The notes: a model not told the origin generated them from the sequence alone. A stretch of DNA of 64,000 nt from Spirochaetia bacterium (GCA_963668315.1 OY764216.1:32001-96000); one strand, 5' to 3'; numbered from the stretch's first letter, positions 1-11,131 are shown. Made by a program: numbers and translations.

Positions 1-448
1 CGAGAATGTTCCTGATAACTTTGAGGATAAAGTGGCTGTCGTCAACCACCGCGAAGGAGGCCTCCCTCATTTTTTCCGTCAGGGCGTCTTTGCGTCTGAT
101 GTTGTGAATATGCTCGTTCAGTTTATCCAGGGTGAAACCGTTTTTGGGAATGATATCTATGACACCCAGCTCAAAATAGGTTCTCCGCGCCTCTATCGTG
201 TCGGCGGAGGAGAGCATGATGACAGGAATATCCTTATATGCCGAATCTCCCAGCTCTCTCAGAAAAAATTCGGAAGATCCGTCTTCCAGCTCATGGCCTG
301 TCAGGATAAGTTCAATATCCTCCCGATCAAGGATTTCCCGGGCCTCTTTTATGGAAGAACAGCCGAATATCTGTTCATTCTGAAGATCCGACCCCTTTTT
401 TATCACCTTCTGGAAAAACTCGCTTCTGTCCAAATGAAGAATTCTCAT
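1..448 (-). CDS. Response regulator with tandem receiver domains (5' part only, runs off the window edge)
   Basis: Not in the ORF track. My translation from ATG 448 reads MRILHLDRSEFFQKVIK...DIELILTGHEL...DIPVIMLSS...GVIDIIPK..., then a second receiver start, FAVVDDSHFILKVIRNIL. GGGAGG SD upstream. Confidence 0.8.
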   Translation of the reverse strand, partial: MRILHLDRSEFFQKVIKKGSDLQNEQIFGCSSIKEAREILDREDIELILTGHELEDGSSEFFLRELGDSAYKDIPVIMLSSADTIEARRTYFELGVIDIIPKNGFTLDKLNEHIHNIRRKDALTEKMREASFAVVDDSHFILKVIRNIL

Positions 449-540
449 GATTCCCTCCCCTGCTGTCCATCCGTGCCTGAAAATATGCCGATAGGAGCTG
501 TTATTCATCAATAATAATACAGAAAAGTCGGGAATACCAT

Positions 541-599
541 AAAAAAAAGCCGCAGGGATAACTGGTAAAAAGATCAGGGGCTGCAAACATCCCCGCGGC
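541..599 (-). terminator. Probable intrinsic terminator of the atp operon
   Basis: Minus strand GCCGCGGGGAT...ATCCCTGCGGC stem (long loop) followed by T8, starting 12 nt after the HTH-EIIA stop. Confidence 0.55.
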
Positions 600-611
600 G
601 GTGTAAATGAC

Positions 612-1301
612 TTAGTAAAGAATGCCTATCTCCCTCTCCATAAAAAAGCGGATCAGCTCCGTGGGAGATTTCATGTCCGCCACGACGGAAAGAAGCTGCG
701 AGTCGCCGGCGATTCTTGTGAGCAGAGAGAGGACCCGCAGATGCACGGGATCCGAACTGGAAGCGATTGTGATGAAAAGATGGGTTTTTTCCCCGTCGAT
801 GGCGTTGAAGTCGATCCCCTCGGGGCAGTATCCCACGGCGAGGGCGCTGTACCTGACGGGCGAAAGGCCCGACTGCCTGGGATGGGGCAGAGCGATACCA
901 TGGCCGATCCCGGTGGACATGAGCTTTTCCCTCTCCAGGAGCTGCTGCAGATAGGAGTCCTCCTCGGACAGGGCGCCGCTCTGCTTCAATGCATGGCTGA
1001 GCGTCCTGAGAAGATGCTCGGGAGTAACGGCGGGAAGATCAAGAAAAACGCAGGAGGGATCGATCAGTCTGCCCAGGGAGATGGCGTCTTTCTGCGCATG
1101 AAGGGCATCGATGTAATCCTTCTGGGGAATAACATTCATCTGGGACTGGAGCCATCCGTCCAGCATGGTCTTCATAAAACGCCACTGGCCGCCAATCTTG
1201 GCGCAGGGGATGGCATTGTCCTCTATCATTCTGTGAATCGTCTTCTCGGAAACTTTCAGATACCGGGCCGTTTCGGCCAGAGTGAGTACGATGGATTCCA
1301 T
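612..1301 (-). CDS. Excisionase-like HTH DNA-binding domain fused to PTS EIIA (PtsN/Fru-type) domain
   Basis: N-terminal LTLAETARYLKVSEKTIHRMI...IPCAKIGGQWRF (HTH_17-like). C-terminal LLEREKLMSTGIGHGIALPH (EIIA phospho-His motif) and GIDFNAIDG. Confidence 0.9.
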   Translation of the reverse strand: MESIVLTLAETARYLKVSEKTIHRMIEDNAIPCAKIGGQWRFMKTMLDGWLQSQMNVIPQKDYIDALHAQKDAISLGRLIDPSCVFLDLPAVTPEHLLRTLSHALKQSGALSEEDSYLQQLLEREKLMSTGIGHGIALPHPRQSGLSPVRYSALAVGYCPEGIDFNAIDGEKTHLFITIASSSDPVHLRVLSLLTRIAGDSQLLSVVADMKSPTELIRFFMEREIGILY

Positions 1302-1307
1302 ATGATC

Positions 1308-1568
1308 CTATTTCCCCTCCGTCGCCACGACGATGGAACAGACATTATCTTCAAAGAGAAACGTCCCCCAGGAGACGGAAAGGGTGTGCTCCGCTCCCCG
1401 CCCATCGGTATACTCCACTTCAGACCCGGGCATGAGTATGCCCGCGAAGCCCTCATGACGGGGCTCGAATCCGAGGACGCCCCCGGGAGTCGTGATGCGG
1501 CAGTACCGCGCCTGTCCCTCGAAGGGGATTTTATTGTCCTCTGCAATGGTCAGCTTGAAGGTTTCCAT
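1308..1568 (-). CDS. atpC: F1 ATP synthase epsilon subunit, short (N-terminal beta-sandwich only)
   Basis: Directly follows atpD. G.LGF.P.H motif (GVLGFEPRH) and VSWGTFLFEDN. 86 aa. Confidence 0.8.
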   Translation of the reverse strand: METFKLTIAEDNKIPFEGQARYCRITTPGGVLGFEPRHEGFAGILMPGSEVEYTDGRGAEHTLSVSWGTFLFEDNVCSIVVATEGK

Positions 1569-1570
1569 TG

Positions 1571-2986
<1,416 letters not shown>

Positions 2987-3853
2987 TTATCCCTTTAATG
3001 CTTCCTTACCGGATACGATTTCGATGAGCTCGTTGGTAATCGTAGCCTGGCGGGCATGATTCTGCATGGTGACATACTTGTTTATAAGGTCTTCCGAGTT
3101 GTTCGTGGCGTTCTCCATGGCCGTCAGCCGGGCGGAATGTTCGCTCAGAGCGGAATGGATGAGAAGAGCGCGGAGCTCGTCCTTAAGGTAGTTTTCCCCG
3201 TAGCCGGCGGCCAGCTCGTCACCGGACGGCTCGGAATCGAGAAAACCCGCAGGCTGTTCCTCTCCCTCATACGCGGGAAGAGGCAGCAGTCGCCGGCGGT
3301 CCGTATAGTGCTGGAGGGTGGATACGAACCGGTTTCCCAGAACCCAGACCTCCTGAATCTCTCCGGAAAGAAACCGCCGGTAAACCGATTCGGCAATTTC
3401 GGAAAGAACTTCGCGCGTCATAACCCGCTCGTGGTTCTCCTCCTTTCTGAGGATTTCCCAACCGGCCCTGCGGGCATGGTTGATTCCCTTGATACCGATG
3501 CAGGTGAACTCCAGTTCGACACCCTTTTTCTTCATCCGGGCGGCAAAAGAGTCGGCCGCCTTGAGAATCGCGCTGTTATGGGTGCCGCAGAGTCCCTTAT
3601 CGGCGGAGAAAATGATCATATGCGCCCGGGAAACCTTCCCGTAACCCCGGATAACCGGATGGGAAGAGTCCTTGAGCAGAGCGCTGATCTCCCGGAAGAT
3701 CCGGTCCGTCTCCTTCTGAAACAAAGCCGCCGAATTCTGAAGGGCCAGGAATTTTCTCAGCTTGATGGATGAGATCATATTCATGGCCCGGGTCACCTTC
3801 TGCATATTCTGCAGAGAGTGAATCTTCCGGCTTAAGTCTCTAACGTTACTCAT
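2987..3853 (-). CDS. atpG: F1 ATP synthase gamma subunit
   Basis: [46 protein letters not shown]. Start moved to ATG 3853, which overlaps the atpA stop (ATGA). Confidence 0.97.
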   Translation of the reverse strand: MSNVRDLSRKIHSLQNMQKVTRAMNMISSIKLRKFLALQNSAALFQKETDRIFREISALLKDSSHPVIRGYGKVSRAHMIIFSADKGLCGTHNSAILKAADSFAARMKKKGVELEFTCIGIKGINHARRAGWEILRKEENHERVMTREVLSEIAESVYRRFLSGEIQEVWVLGNRFVSTLQHYTDRRRLLPLPAYEGEEQPAGFLDSEPSGDELAAGYGENYLKDELRALLIHSALSEHSARLTAMENATNNSEDLINKYVTMQNHARQATITNELIEIVSGKEALKG

Positions 3854-6027
3854 AATTCGCCCATTATATCCTTGACGATACGGCGGAGATCCGCAGGATT
3901 CTTCGCTTCCATCCACTCCTTCTCATAACGGGGATGCTGCACAATGCGGGCCAGAGCCGACAGAACAACCAGATGAAAATGCCTCTGATCCTGCGAACCG
4001 GCCAGGAAGTAGATGGAGTGAACTTCGTTCATCATATCACAGAAGTTAATCCCCTTCTTCGACCGGACGACAAGTAGTTTGAAGGTATCTTTCTGATCCA
4101 CCACAATATGGGGTATGGCGAAGAAGGGACTCAACGCGGTGGAACTGGACTCTTCCCGTTTGATAAATCGGTCGTACATCTCGTCCTTATCCAGGCCGGA
4201 ACCGTCCAAATGCTCAACGGCTTTTCTGAAAAGGTCCTCCATGGAGTCGTTCTTCTCGTAATCGATAAATTCGCAGGAATCAATCAGTCTGGCGAAGCGG
4301 TCCGCCTCGGTCTCGTCCTTGCCGGTCATGATCTCCTCGATCTCCGTTTCAAGGGAGGGAGAAGCGAACTCCCGGGCCGTCAGCCTTTCGACAAGCTTGA
4401 GCATGTCCCGGTTGATGGTGGAGGAGCCCTGACTCATGGCCAGGGAGATATTCAGGTTGAACCCGGAATCCACGCCGGAGACGGCCGAATCGGGCCGGAA
4501 TGTCTTCTCGAAGCGGTCGAATAGACCATTCAGCTCCTTATCCATCTCCTTATCGAAAGCCGCCCGGGAGCGAAGTTTGTCCATAAAAGCGGACTCTTCC
4601 CTGTCCAGAAAGGCAAAAAGTTCCTGCTGGTAGTTCAGAAGTTTCTCCGTGGGGTACTTATCCAGCCTTCCCAGGATGCCGGCCTTGAGAATCATGACCT
4701 GTTTGAACACGTCGATGGGACTGTACTGGGGCTGCTTGAGAATCTCTGTCAGTCCCTCTCCCCGGTGAAGCTGATTCTTCGTCGCCTCGTCCAGATCGGA
4801 GGAGAACTGCATGAAGGCGGCGAGCTCCCGGAACTGGGCCAGGTCGATACGGAGCGAACCGGCGGTCTGCTTCATGGCCTTGAGCTGGGCGTCTCCTCCT
4901 ACACGGGAAACGGAGATACCCACATTGATGGCGGGGCGCAGACCGGAGTTGAACAGGTTCGTTTCCAGGAAGATCTGACCGTCCGTTATGGAGATGATAT
5001 TCGTGGGAATATAGGCCGAGACGTCCCCTTCCTGGGTCTCTACGATGGGAAGAGCCGTCAGGGAACCGCCTCCCTTTTTATCACTCATTTTCGCCGCCCT
5101 TTCCAGAAGGCGGGAGTGGAGATAGAAAATATCGCCGGGATAGGCTTCCCGGCCGGGTGAGCGGCGCATCAGGAGGGAGAGCTCCCGGTAGGCCTGTGAA
5201 TGCTTGGTTAAATCGTCGAACACGACGAGGGCGTGCCGGCCGGTATCGCGGAAGTACTCCGCCATGGCCGTAGCGGCATAGGGCGCCAGGTACTGAAGGG
5301 ACGCGGGATCGGAGGCCGTGGCGGCCACGACGGTGGTGTACTGAAGAACCCCGTGTTTCCTGAGCGTCTCGATCAGCTGTACCACCGATGAGCGTTTCTG
5401 TCCGATGGCTACGTAGAAACAGTAGACCCGGTCTTCGTCGGTGGAGTTTTTCTGATTGATGATGGTGTCCACGGCGATGGTGGTTTTTCCCGTACGCCTG
5501 TCGCCGATGATCAGCTCCCTCTGCCCGCGGCCGATGGGGATCATGGAGTCGATGGCTTTGAGTCCGGTCTGCATGGGCTCATCGACGTTTTTCCTGTCGA
5601 TAATGCCGGGACCTTTGACTTCCACCCGGTTCCACTGGACCGGCTCGATGCCGCCCAGACCGTCGATGGGATTTCCCAGGGGGTCAACGACACGGCCGAG
5701 AAGAGATTCCCCCACGGGGACCTCGGCGACTTTCTGGGTCCGGCGCACCCGGTTGCCCTCTTTTACCTGGGCGTAGTCGGAGAAGAGGATGACGCTCACC
5801 GTCTCCTCTTCCAGGTTCATGACCATACCGTTCACGACGGCGCCCGATTCCAGATCAATTTCCACCAGCTCGCCCATGAGAATGTTATCCAGTCCCCAGA
5901 CCTGGGCGATACCGTCGCCCGCCTGGAGAACGCGGCCCGTTTCCACGGCGGCCGCTTCGGGGGCGAAACCGGAAATTCTGCTTTTCAGGACTTCCAGAAT
6001 CTCCGACGGTTTTATTTCTTCTCTCAT
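3850..6027 (-). CDS. atpA: F1 ATP synthase alpha subunit with C-terminal PTS EIIA-domain fusion
   Basis: [53 protein letters not shown]. The alpha core ends near aa 510. The extension contains [20 protein letters not shown] (EIIA). Confidence 0.97.
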   Translation of the reverse strand: MREEIKPSEILEVLKSRISGFAPEAAAVETGRVLQAGDGIAQVWGLDNILMGELVEIDLESGAVVNGMVMNLEEETVSVILFSDYAQVKEGNRVRRTQKVAEVPVGESLLGRVVDPLGNPIDGLGGIEPVQWNRVEVKGPGIIDRKNVDEPMQTGLKAIDSMIPIGRGQRELIIGDRRTGKTTIAVDTIINQKNSTDEDRVYCFYVAIGQKRSSVVQLIETLRKHGVLQYTTVVAATASDPASLQYLAPYAATAMAEYFRDTGRHALVVFDDLTKHSQAYRELSLLMRRSPGREAYPGDIFYLHSRLLERAAKMSDKKGGGSLTALPIVETQEGDVSAYIPTNIISITDGQIFLETNLFNSGLRPAINVGISVSRVGGDAQLKAMKQTAGSLRIDLAQFRELAAFMQFSSDLDEATKNQLHRGEGLTEILKQPQYSPIDVFKQVMILKAGILGRLDKYPTEKLLNYQQELFAFLDREESAFMDKLRSRAAFDKEMDKELNGLFDRFEKTFRPDSAVSGVDSGFNLNISLAMSQGSSTINRDMLKLVERLTAREFASPSLETEIEEIMTGKDETEADRFARLIDSCEFIDYEKNDSMEDLFRKAVEHLDGSGLDKDEMYDRFIKREESSSTALSPFFAIPHIVVDQKDTFKLLVVRSKKGINFCDMMNEVHSIYFLAGSQDQRHFHLVVLSALARIVQHPRYEKEWMEAKNPADLRRIVKDIMGEL

Positions 6028-6569
6028 ATCGTTTTCCTCTTTAGGATGGCTTTGAAACTGTTCAGTCTTCCCCGCAGGGACATATCCAGGAATAGATTAT
6101 TCCACTGAAAGGTCAAACCGCCCAGCAGTTCACGGCGAACGCGCCAGACAGGGCGTATTCCGCCGCCGATGCGTTTTTCCAGTTGTTTTCCGATCTCTTC
6201 TTTCGTCTCGTCATCCTGCCCGGATGCACTCTCTATAACCACGGCGGTTATATTATTGGCCCGGTCCATCTCCTCCTGCAGCGCTTCCGCCAGGTAGGGA
6301 AGAGCTTCAAGACGATTGTTGCGAAGAAGCTCCCCGATGGTCCTGCCCGTATAGTAGCTCAGGTAGGGCAGAAAGGCCGTTTCGACGAAGATACGGTTTT
6401 TCCCGTAAGAATCGGAAGGATTCAGGCAGTACGGCCTTAACTCGGGCAGTTCCGAGAAAAGCCGGTTGAGCACGGCAATGTCCTCTTCCAGTTCCTTCAG
6501 CCGGGAATCTTCCCGGCTGGTCTCGTAAAGAGCCCGGGCATAGCGCTTAATTACCAAAAGCCCTTTCAT
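6024..6569 (-). CDS. atpH: ATP synthase delta subunit
   Basis: RYARALYE N-terminus and ELLGGL...[10 protein letters not shown]-terminus. Position between atpF and atpA. Confidence 0.93.
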   Translation of the reverse strand: MKGLLVIKRYARALYETSREDSRLKELEEDIAVLNRLFSELPELRPYCLNPSDSYGKNRIFVETAFLPYLSYYTGRTIGELLRNNRLEALPYLAEALQEEMDRANNITAVVIESASGQDDETKEEIGKQLEKRIGGGIRPVWRVRRELLGGLTFQWNNLFLDMSLRGRLNSFKAILKRKTI

Positions 6570-7048
6570 AGTTCCTTAACCAATTCCCGGGTGAGTTCCC
6601 TCTCCCGGTCCCCCACGAAAGAAAATCCAGCCACCCTTTCCGAAGCATCGCATACAAAATCGGCCAGATCATCCTGCAGCTGTTCCATAACCGCCTGCCT
6701 TTCTCTGCCGGCCTGTTCCCGGGCCTGCGCCAGAATTTCCTGGGCTTCGGCCCGGGCCTGTTCGGTCAGGGCTCTCTTAAGCTCATCCGCCTGCTTCCGG
6801 GTTTCCAGAAGCATATCGTCCGCTTCCTTTCCGGCCTTTTCCAGTATTTCGGCCCTTTCCTCTTCTATCTCTTTGAGGCGGGCTTCCACCTTTGCCGTCT
6901 TATCTACGGAGGAGCTGATATAATCCTCTCTCTCCTGCAGATTTTTCAGGATAGCCGGTATGACAAACTTGGCGAGTATGAAAAAAAGGATGCCGAAAGT
7001 TATCCAGGTCCAGATCGCCAGACCCGGCTCAAGTTTAAATAAATCCAT
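6566..7048 (-). CDS. atpF: ATP synthase Fo subunit b
   Basis: Single N-terminal TM (WTWITFGILFFILAKF) followed by a charged coiled coil. Confidence 0.95.
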   Translation of the reverse strand: MDLFKLEPGLAIWTWITFGILFFILAKFVIPAILKNLQEREDYISSSVDKTAKVEARLKEIEEERAEILEKAGKEADDMLLETRKQADELKRALTEQARAEAQEILAQAREQAGRERQAVMEQLQDDLADFVCDASERVAGFSFVGDRERELTRELVKEL

Positions 7049-7053
7049 CGTTC

Positions 7054-7281
7054 TTACTGAAAAATAACCAGCAGGGCGAGAATGGCTCCGAAGAATGCCA
7101 GACCTTCAACAAGGGCCGCCACAAGAATCATATTGGTTCTTATGTCCTTCTTTTCAGCGGGCTGACGGGCGATAGCTTCCAGAGCCCGACCGCCGACGAG
7201 ACCGATTCCGATACCTCCGCCGCAGATACCCATGCCGGCGCCAAGAACGGCCAATGCCTTTGCTAATAATGTCATGTCCAT
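7054..7281 (-). CDS. atpE: ATP synthase Fo subunit c
   Basis: GxGxG helix, ARQP loop, ALVEGLAFF with the ion-binding Glu. Confidence 0.97.
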   Translation of the reverse strand: MDMTLLAKALAVLGAGMGICGGGIGIGLVGGRALEAIARQPAEKKDIRTNMILVAALVEGLAFFGAILALLVIFQ

Positions 7282-7310
7282 AATGTTCTCCTTATCATAA
7301 ACAAATCTCT

Positions 7311-8156
7311 TTAATGGGAACTTGCCATTGAGATAAAAATACAGCTGAGAAGAGTGAAGACCATCGCCTGAAGAAAGGCTATCAACACTTCCAATAAATA
7401 GGTAAACGCGGCAAAGGGGACCGCCACGAAACCGAAGAAGGGGCTGATGATGAAAATCAGCACCAGAAAAGACAGAATGGCCATATGTCCGGCGAACATA
7501 TTGGCGAAAAGCCGGAGCCCCAGGATCAGCGATTTGGTAAAGACGCTCAGGAACTCCAGGAGGGCGACGAATATCCCTATGCCGAAGGGAGTATCGGAGG
7601 GATAGAGGTTCTTGAAAAAGGCAGCCACGCCGATCTCTTTTATGCCCACCACGAAAGTCAGTATGAGAATGAGCACAGCCATTGACATGGTCACATTGAT
7701 ATTGCCCGTCGCCGTCTTGAAGGCGGGAATGAGTCCCAGAAAATTCACGGTTATAAGAAAGAGGAACATGGTGGAATAGAAGGGAATCCAGGGACGCCCT
7801 TTCTCCTTGCCCATGACGGAGTAAACAATGTCGTCCCTGACAAAGAGCACAATTGTCTCCAGAGCCAGCTGCGTCTTCTTAGGCTTCAGGACCTCCCTCT
7901 TGGAGAAGAGGCTGTACACGACCGATATGAGAAGAACGCTCAGGATCAGCATGAACTGATGCACGGTCATCCCGAAGGGAAGCGTGATGGAGGGGACATA
8001 GGGGAAAAGATCCAGTTCCGTGCCGTTGGCCACATGGTGAAACAGAGTACCGGATACGTCATTTTCCTGGGCGGACAATGACGGTCCGGCGAGCATCAGA
8101 CCGGGAAAGGCGAAAGCTCTCAGATATGATCCTTTTCTGTTTTTCACTCTTTTCAT
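7311..8156 (-). CDS. atpB: ATP synthase Fo subunit a
   Basis: NFLGLIP, TATGNINVT, LGLRLFANMFAGH (essential Arg), LEVLIAFLQAMVFTLL. Confidence 0.96.
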   Translation of the reverse strand: MKRVKNRKGSYLRAFAFPGLMLAGPSLSAQENDVSGTLFHHVANGTELDLFPYVPSITLPFGMTVHQFMLILSVLLISVVYSLFSKREVLKPKKTQLALETIVLFVRDDIVYSVMGKEKGRPWIPFYSTMFLFLITVNFLGLIPAFKTATGNINVTMSMAVLILILTFVVGIKEIGVAAFFKNLYPSDTPFGIGIFVALLEFLSVFTKSLILGLRLFANMFAGHMAILSFLVLIFIISPFFGFVAVPFAAFTYLLEVLIAFLQAMVFTLLSCIFISMASSH

Positions 8157-8437
8157 CTTATTTTCCTCTGATTTGAAAATAGTCTCTCCTGTCCTGAATA
8201 GTCAAGTTAAAATACCATATTGACCATCTTTGTCCATCTTTGGCTACTCAACTTATTTCTTTTTTACATCTTTTCCGGTATTTTTTTATCTATTCCTGAT
8301 TTTTCGATGCCCTTTCCCGCAGGATTTTTCTCTCCCGCCCCCCCTTTATTCTCACCCTTTGCCCCCCCTCCCGGCTGTTGTTTTTTCCATTTTGTGTTAT
8401 AATCAGACATACTTTTACAAACTGAGGAGTTTCTATA

Positions 8438-8866
8438 ATGGAAAAAGATGTCAACTGCGGTTATTGTTCCGGGGGAAAAGCTCTGGACGCCTTTGGAATT
8501 AAAATCTGTGATCTGGATTCATCGGTCATCGTGCTCTTTAAAGAGCAGAGTCATCCGGGAAGGATCATTGTGGCCTATAAGGATCATGTCAGAGACCTAA
8601 CCGCTCTTTCCGATGAACAGAGAAACGCCTTCTTCGCCGACCTGAATAAAGCCGCCCGGGCCGTGGAAAAACTCTACAGCCCCGATAAAATCAACATAGG
8701 CGCTTACGGCGATACAAGCGGCCATCTGCATTTCCATCTGGTTCCCAAGTACAAGGATCAGTTCGAATGGGCCGATACTTTTGCCATGAACCCGGGAAAG
8801 ACCTATCTCTCCGACGGGGAATACGCAAATATGATCGAAGAGTTCAAGGGAGAGCTGCTGGGCTGA
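8438..8866 (+). CDS. HIT family nucleotide hydrolase
   Basis: N-terminal CxxC and histidine triad HLHFHLVP. GAGGAG SD. Confidence 0.9.
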   Translation: MEKDVNCGYCSGGKALDAFGIKICDLDSSVIVLFKEQSHPGRIIVAYKDHVRDLTALSDEQRNAFFADLNKAARAVEKLYSPDKINIGAYGDTSGHLHFHLVPKYKDQFEWADTFAMNPGKTYLSDGEYANMIEEFKGELLG

Positions 8867-8883
8867 TCCGGCGGAGAGAAGAG

Positions 8884-10038
8884 ATGAGAGAAGAGTTTAC
8901 CGAAGACTTGACGGCGCTTCGCCATGACCTGCACCGTATTCCCGAATGCTCGGGGCAGGAAGAAAAAACATCAATCACCATCCTCTCATTTCTCGAAAAC
9001 TGCCGTCCGGACAGCATTCTGACCGGGCTGGGAGGCTACGGTCTGGCCGCGGTATTCGAAAGCGGGAATCCGGGACCGACGGTAATGCTCCGGGCCGAGA
9101 CGGACGCCCTGCCCATTCCCGAGACGGCGGATTTCCCCCACGGCTCGCAACGGGAAGGGGTCTCCCACAAATGCGGCCATGACGGCCATATGGCCGTTCT
9201 GGCCGGGATCGCCTCCTGCCAGAAAGACAATAAAATCCAGCGGGGCCGCCTTATCCTTCTCTTCCAGCCGGCGGAGGAAACGGGAGAGGGGGCCCGGAGG
9301 GTTACGGAGGACGAACGGTTCAGGGAGATTACCCCCGATTATGTTTTCGCCCTGCACAACTGGCCCGGCTTTGCCCACGGTGCCGTAGTGATAAGGGAAG
9401 GCAGCATGTTTGCCGCGTCCACCGGACTCGCCATAGCCCTCACGGGCAAATCCGCCCACGCCATGGCTCCCGAGGAGGGAATCAGCCCCGCCGAAGCCCT
9501 CAAGAAGATCCACAGCCGGCTTAAAGATCTGTATAATCAGGACAAATCCTCCGACGGCTTCAGCCTCGTCACAACCGTGGGGATGCAGCTGGGGGGAGAG
9601 GATTACGGAGTTTCTCCGGGCCGGGGCTCCCTTTACCTGACAGTAAGAGCTTACCGGGACGATATTCTTGCATCCCTTTTGGAAAAGGTCAGATCCCTGG
9701 CATCGGAAGTTGCCCGGGAGGAGTCTCTGGAAATAGATTTCCGCCTCTGCGACACCTTCCCGGCGGCGATGAACAGTAGGGAATGCGCCGAACTGGTTCG
9801 TCTGGCGGCCGATAAAAACCATAATGCCCTCCTGACCCCTATCCAGGGAATGGCGAGCTCCGAAGATGTGGGTTACCTTTTTCGCGCTTCCCGTATGGGC
9901 GGGGCGGTATTCCTTATAGGCTCGGGAGAGAACGCTCCCGCCCTGCACTCCTTCAACTACGACTTTGACGACAGCCTGATCCCCTGCGGAGTGGATATGT
10001 TTCTTTCACTCATAGAGCTTCTTTCGGAACGGAACTAA
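8884..10038 (+). CDS. M20 family amidohydrolase
   Basis: RHDLHRIPE, LRAETDALP, HKCGHDGH, FQPAEETGEG, LHNWPG, SED. Start trimmed to ATG 8884. Confidence 0.92.
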   Translation: MREEFTEDLTALRHDLHRIPECSGQEEKTSITILSFLENCRPDSILTGLGGYGLAAVFESGNPGPTVMLRAETDALPIPETADFPHGSQREGVSHKCGHDGHMAVLAGIASCQKDNKIQRGRLILLFQPAEETGEGARRVTEDERFREITPDYVFALHNWPGFAHGAVVIREGSMFAASTGLAIALTGKSAHAMAPEEGISPAEALKKIHSRLKDLYNQDKSSDGFSLVTTVGMQLGGEDYGVSPGRGSLYLTVRAYRDDILASLLEKVRSLASEVAREESLEIDFRLCDTFPAAMNSRECAELVRLAADKNHNALLTPIQGMASSEDVGYLFRASRMGGAVFLIGSGENAPALHSFNYDFDDSLIPCGVDMFLSLIELLSERN

Positions 10039-10094
10039 TCCCCCTTCCCGTCATATAGATCAACCTCCCCCTTTTCGGTTATAGTATCTGCCAA

Positions 10095-10442
10095 ATGAAA
10101 TACTTAGTCCAATTAATGATCATTCTGGCGGCCTACCTCATCGGCCTGATGCTGGAATATGTTTTGAATTTTCCCGTCCCCGGGGTCGTATCGGGGCTGA
10201 TAATACTCTTCCTGGCTCTCCTCTCGGGATTATTGAAACAGGAGAGCATCCGGGATGTTGCCGATTTCCTCCTCTCCCACATGTCTTTTTTCTTTCTCGC
10301 CCCCGGAGTGGGACTTATGACGACTGTAGACGTGCTCAGGGGAAACATTCTCCCCTTTACAGTTATTATTCTGGTTACGACCGTCATCGTCTGGTCCGTA
10401 ACGGCCTTCACGGTCAAAATGTTAAGGAGAATTATCAAATGA
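10095..10442 (+). CDS. lrgA: CidA/LrgA family membrane protein
   Basis: PVPGVVSGLIILF and LLSHMSFFFLAPGVGL. Overlaps an LrgB gene. Confidence 0.88.
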   Translation: MKYLVQLMIILAAYLIGLMLEYVLNFPVPGVVSGLIILFLALLSGLLKQESIRDVADFLLSHMSFFFLAPGVGLMTTVDVLRGNILPFTVIILVTTVIVWSVTAFTVKMLRRIIK

Positions 10443-11131
10443 GAGAGTTTCTCACATCCCCGGTCTTCGCCGTATTCCTGTCCCTTCTGACCTTCCAGGC
10501 AGGAGTCCTGGTCAGGAAAAAATCAGGATTGTCCTTTCTGAATCCCCTGCTGGTGGCCCTGCTGCTGACCATCGCGGCCCTGATAGTACTGGATATTCCC
10601 TATGAGGCTTACAACCGGGGCGGTTCAATTATCACCTTCTTCCTGGCTCCCGCCACAATCGCTCTGGCCCTGCCCCTCTACAGGATGTTCCACCTCTTCA
10701 GAAAGAACGCCCTGCCCATCCTCATCGGGATTCTTTTCGGTTCCGCCTCGGGCATACTCTCCGTCATCCTCCTGGCCAGGTTCTTCGGGCTATCCGAGGA
10801 GCTGACCGTCTCCCTGATTCCCAAGTCCATCACGACACCCATCGGCATGGCCCTTTCCGAGCAGCTGGGGGGGATTACGCCCATCACGGTGATGGCTATT
10901 GTCATTACCGGATTGGCCGGTTCCGTTATCGGGCCTGTACTGCATAAGATCTGCCGTCTCAACGATCCCGTGGCCATGGGTATCGCCATGGGATGCAGCT
11001 CCCACGCGGTAGGTACGGCCAAGGCGATGGAACTGGGAGAAACGGAGGGCGCCATGAGCGGCCTTACCATCGCCTTAGCGGGAATCATCACCGTTTTTCT
11101 GGCACCGCCGATCTGGCAGATTTTCTCCTGA
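10439..11131 (+). CDS. lrgB: CidB/LrgB family membrane protein
   Basis: NPLLV, LAPATIALALPLY, PKSITTPI, GCSSHAVGTAKA. Confidence 0.92.
   Translation: MREFLTSPVFAVFLSLLTFQAGVLVRKKSGLSFLNPLLVALLLTIAALIVLDIPYEAYNRGGSIITFFLAPATIALALPLYRMFHLFRKNALPILIGILFGSASGILSVILLARFFGLSEELTVSLIPKSITTPIGMALSEQLGGITPITVMAIVITGLAGSVIGPVLHKICRLNDPVAMGIAMGCSSHAVGTAKAMELGETEGAMSGLTIALAGIITVFLAPPIWQIFS

Noticed and set aside
32..514. 160-aa plus-strand ORF
   Set aside because: It is the shadow of the minus-strand response regulator, which has a clear SD and domain motifs.
612..1301. Excisionase-like HTH as evidence of a prophage or ICE
   Set aside because: It is fused to EIIA, and no integrase, att site or phage gene is visible.
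3854..3916. N-terminal extension of gamma in the ORF track
   Set aside because: It lies inside atpA. The ATGA-coupled start at 3853 matches a normal gamma N-terminus.
8220..8502. Small Phe/Pro-rich ORFs as a possible atpI
   Set aside because: They are on the wrong strand and are low-complexity translations of a pyrimidine tract.
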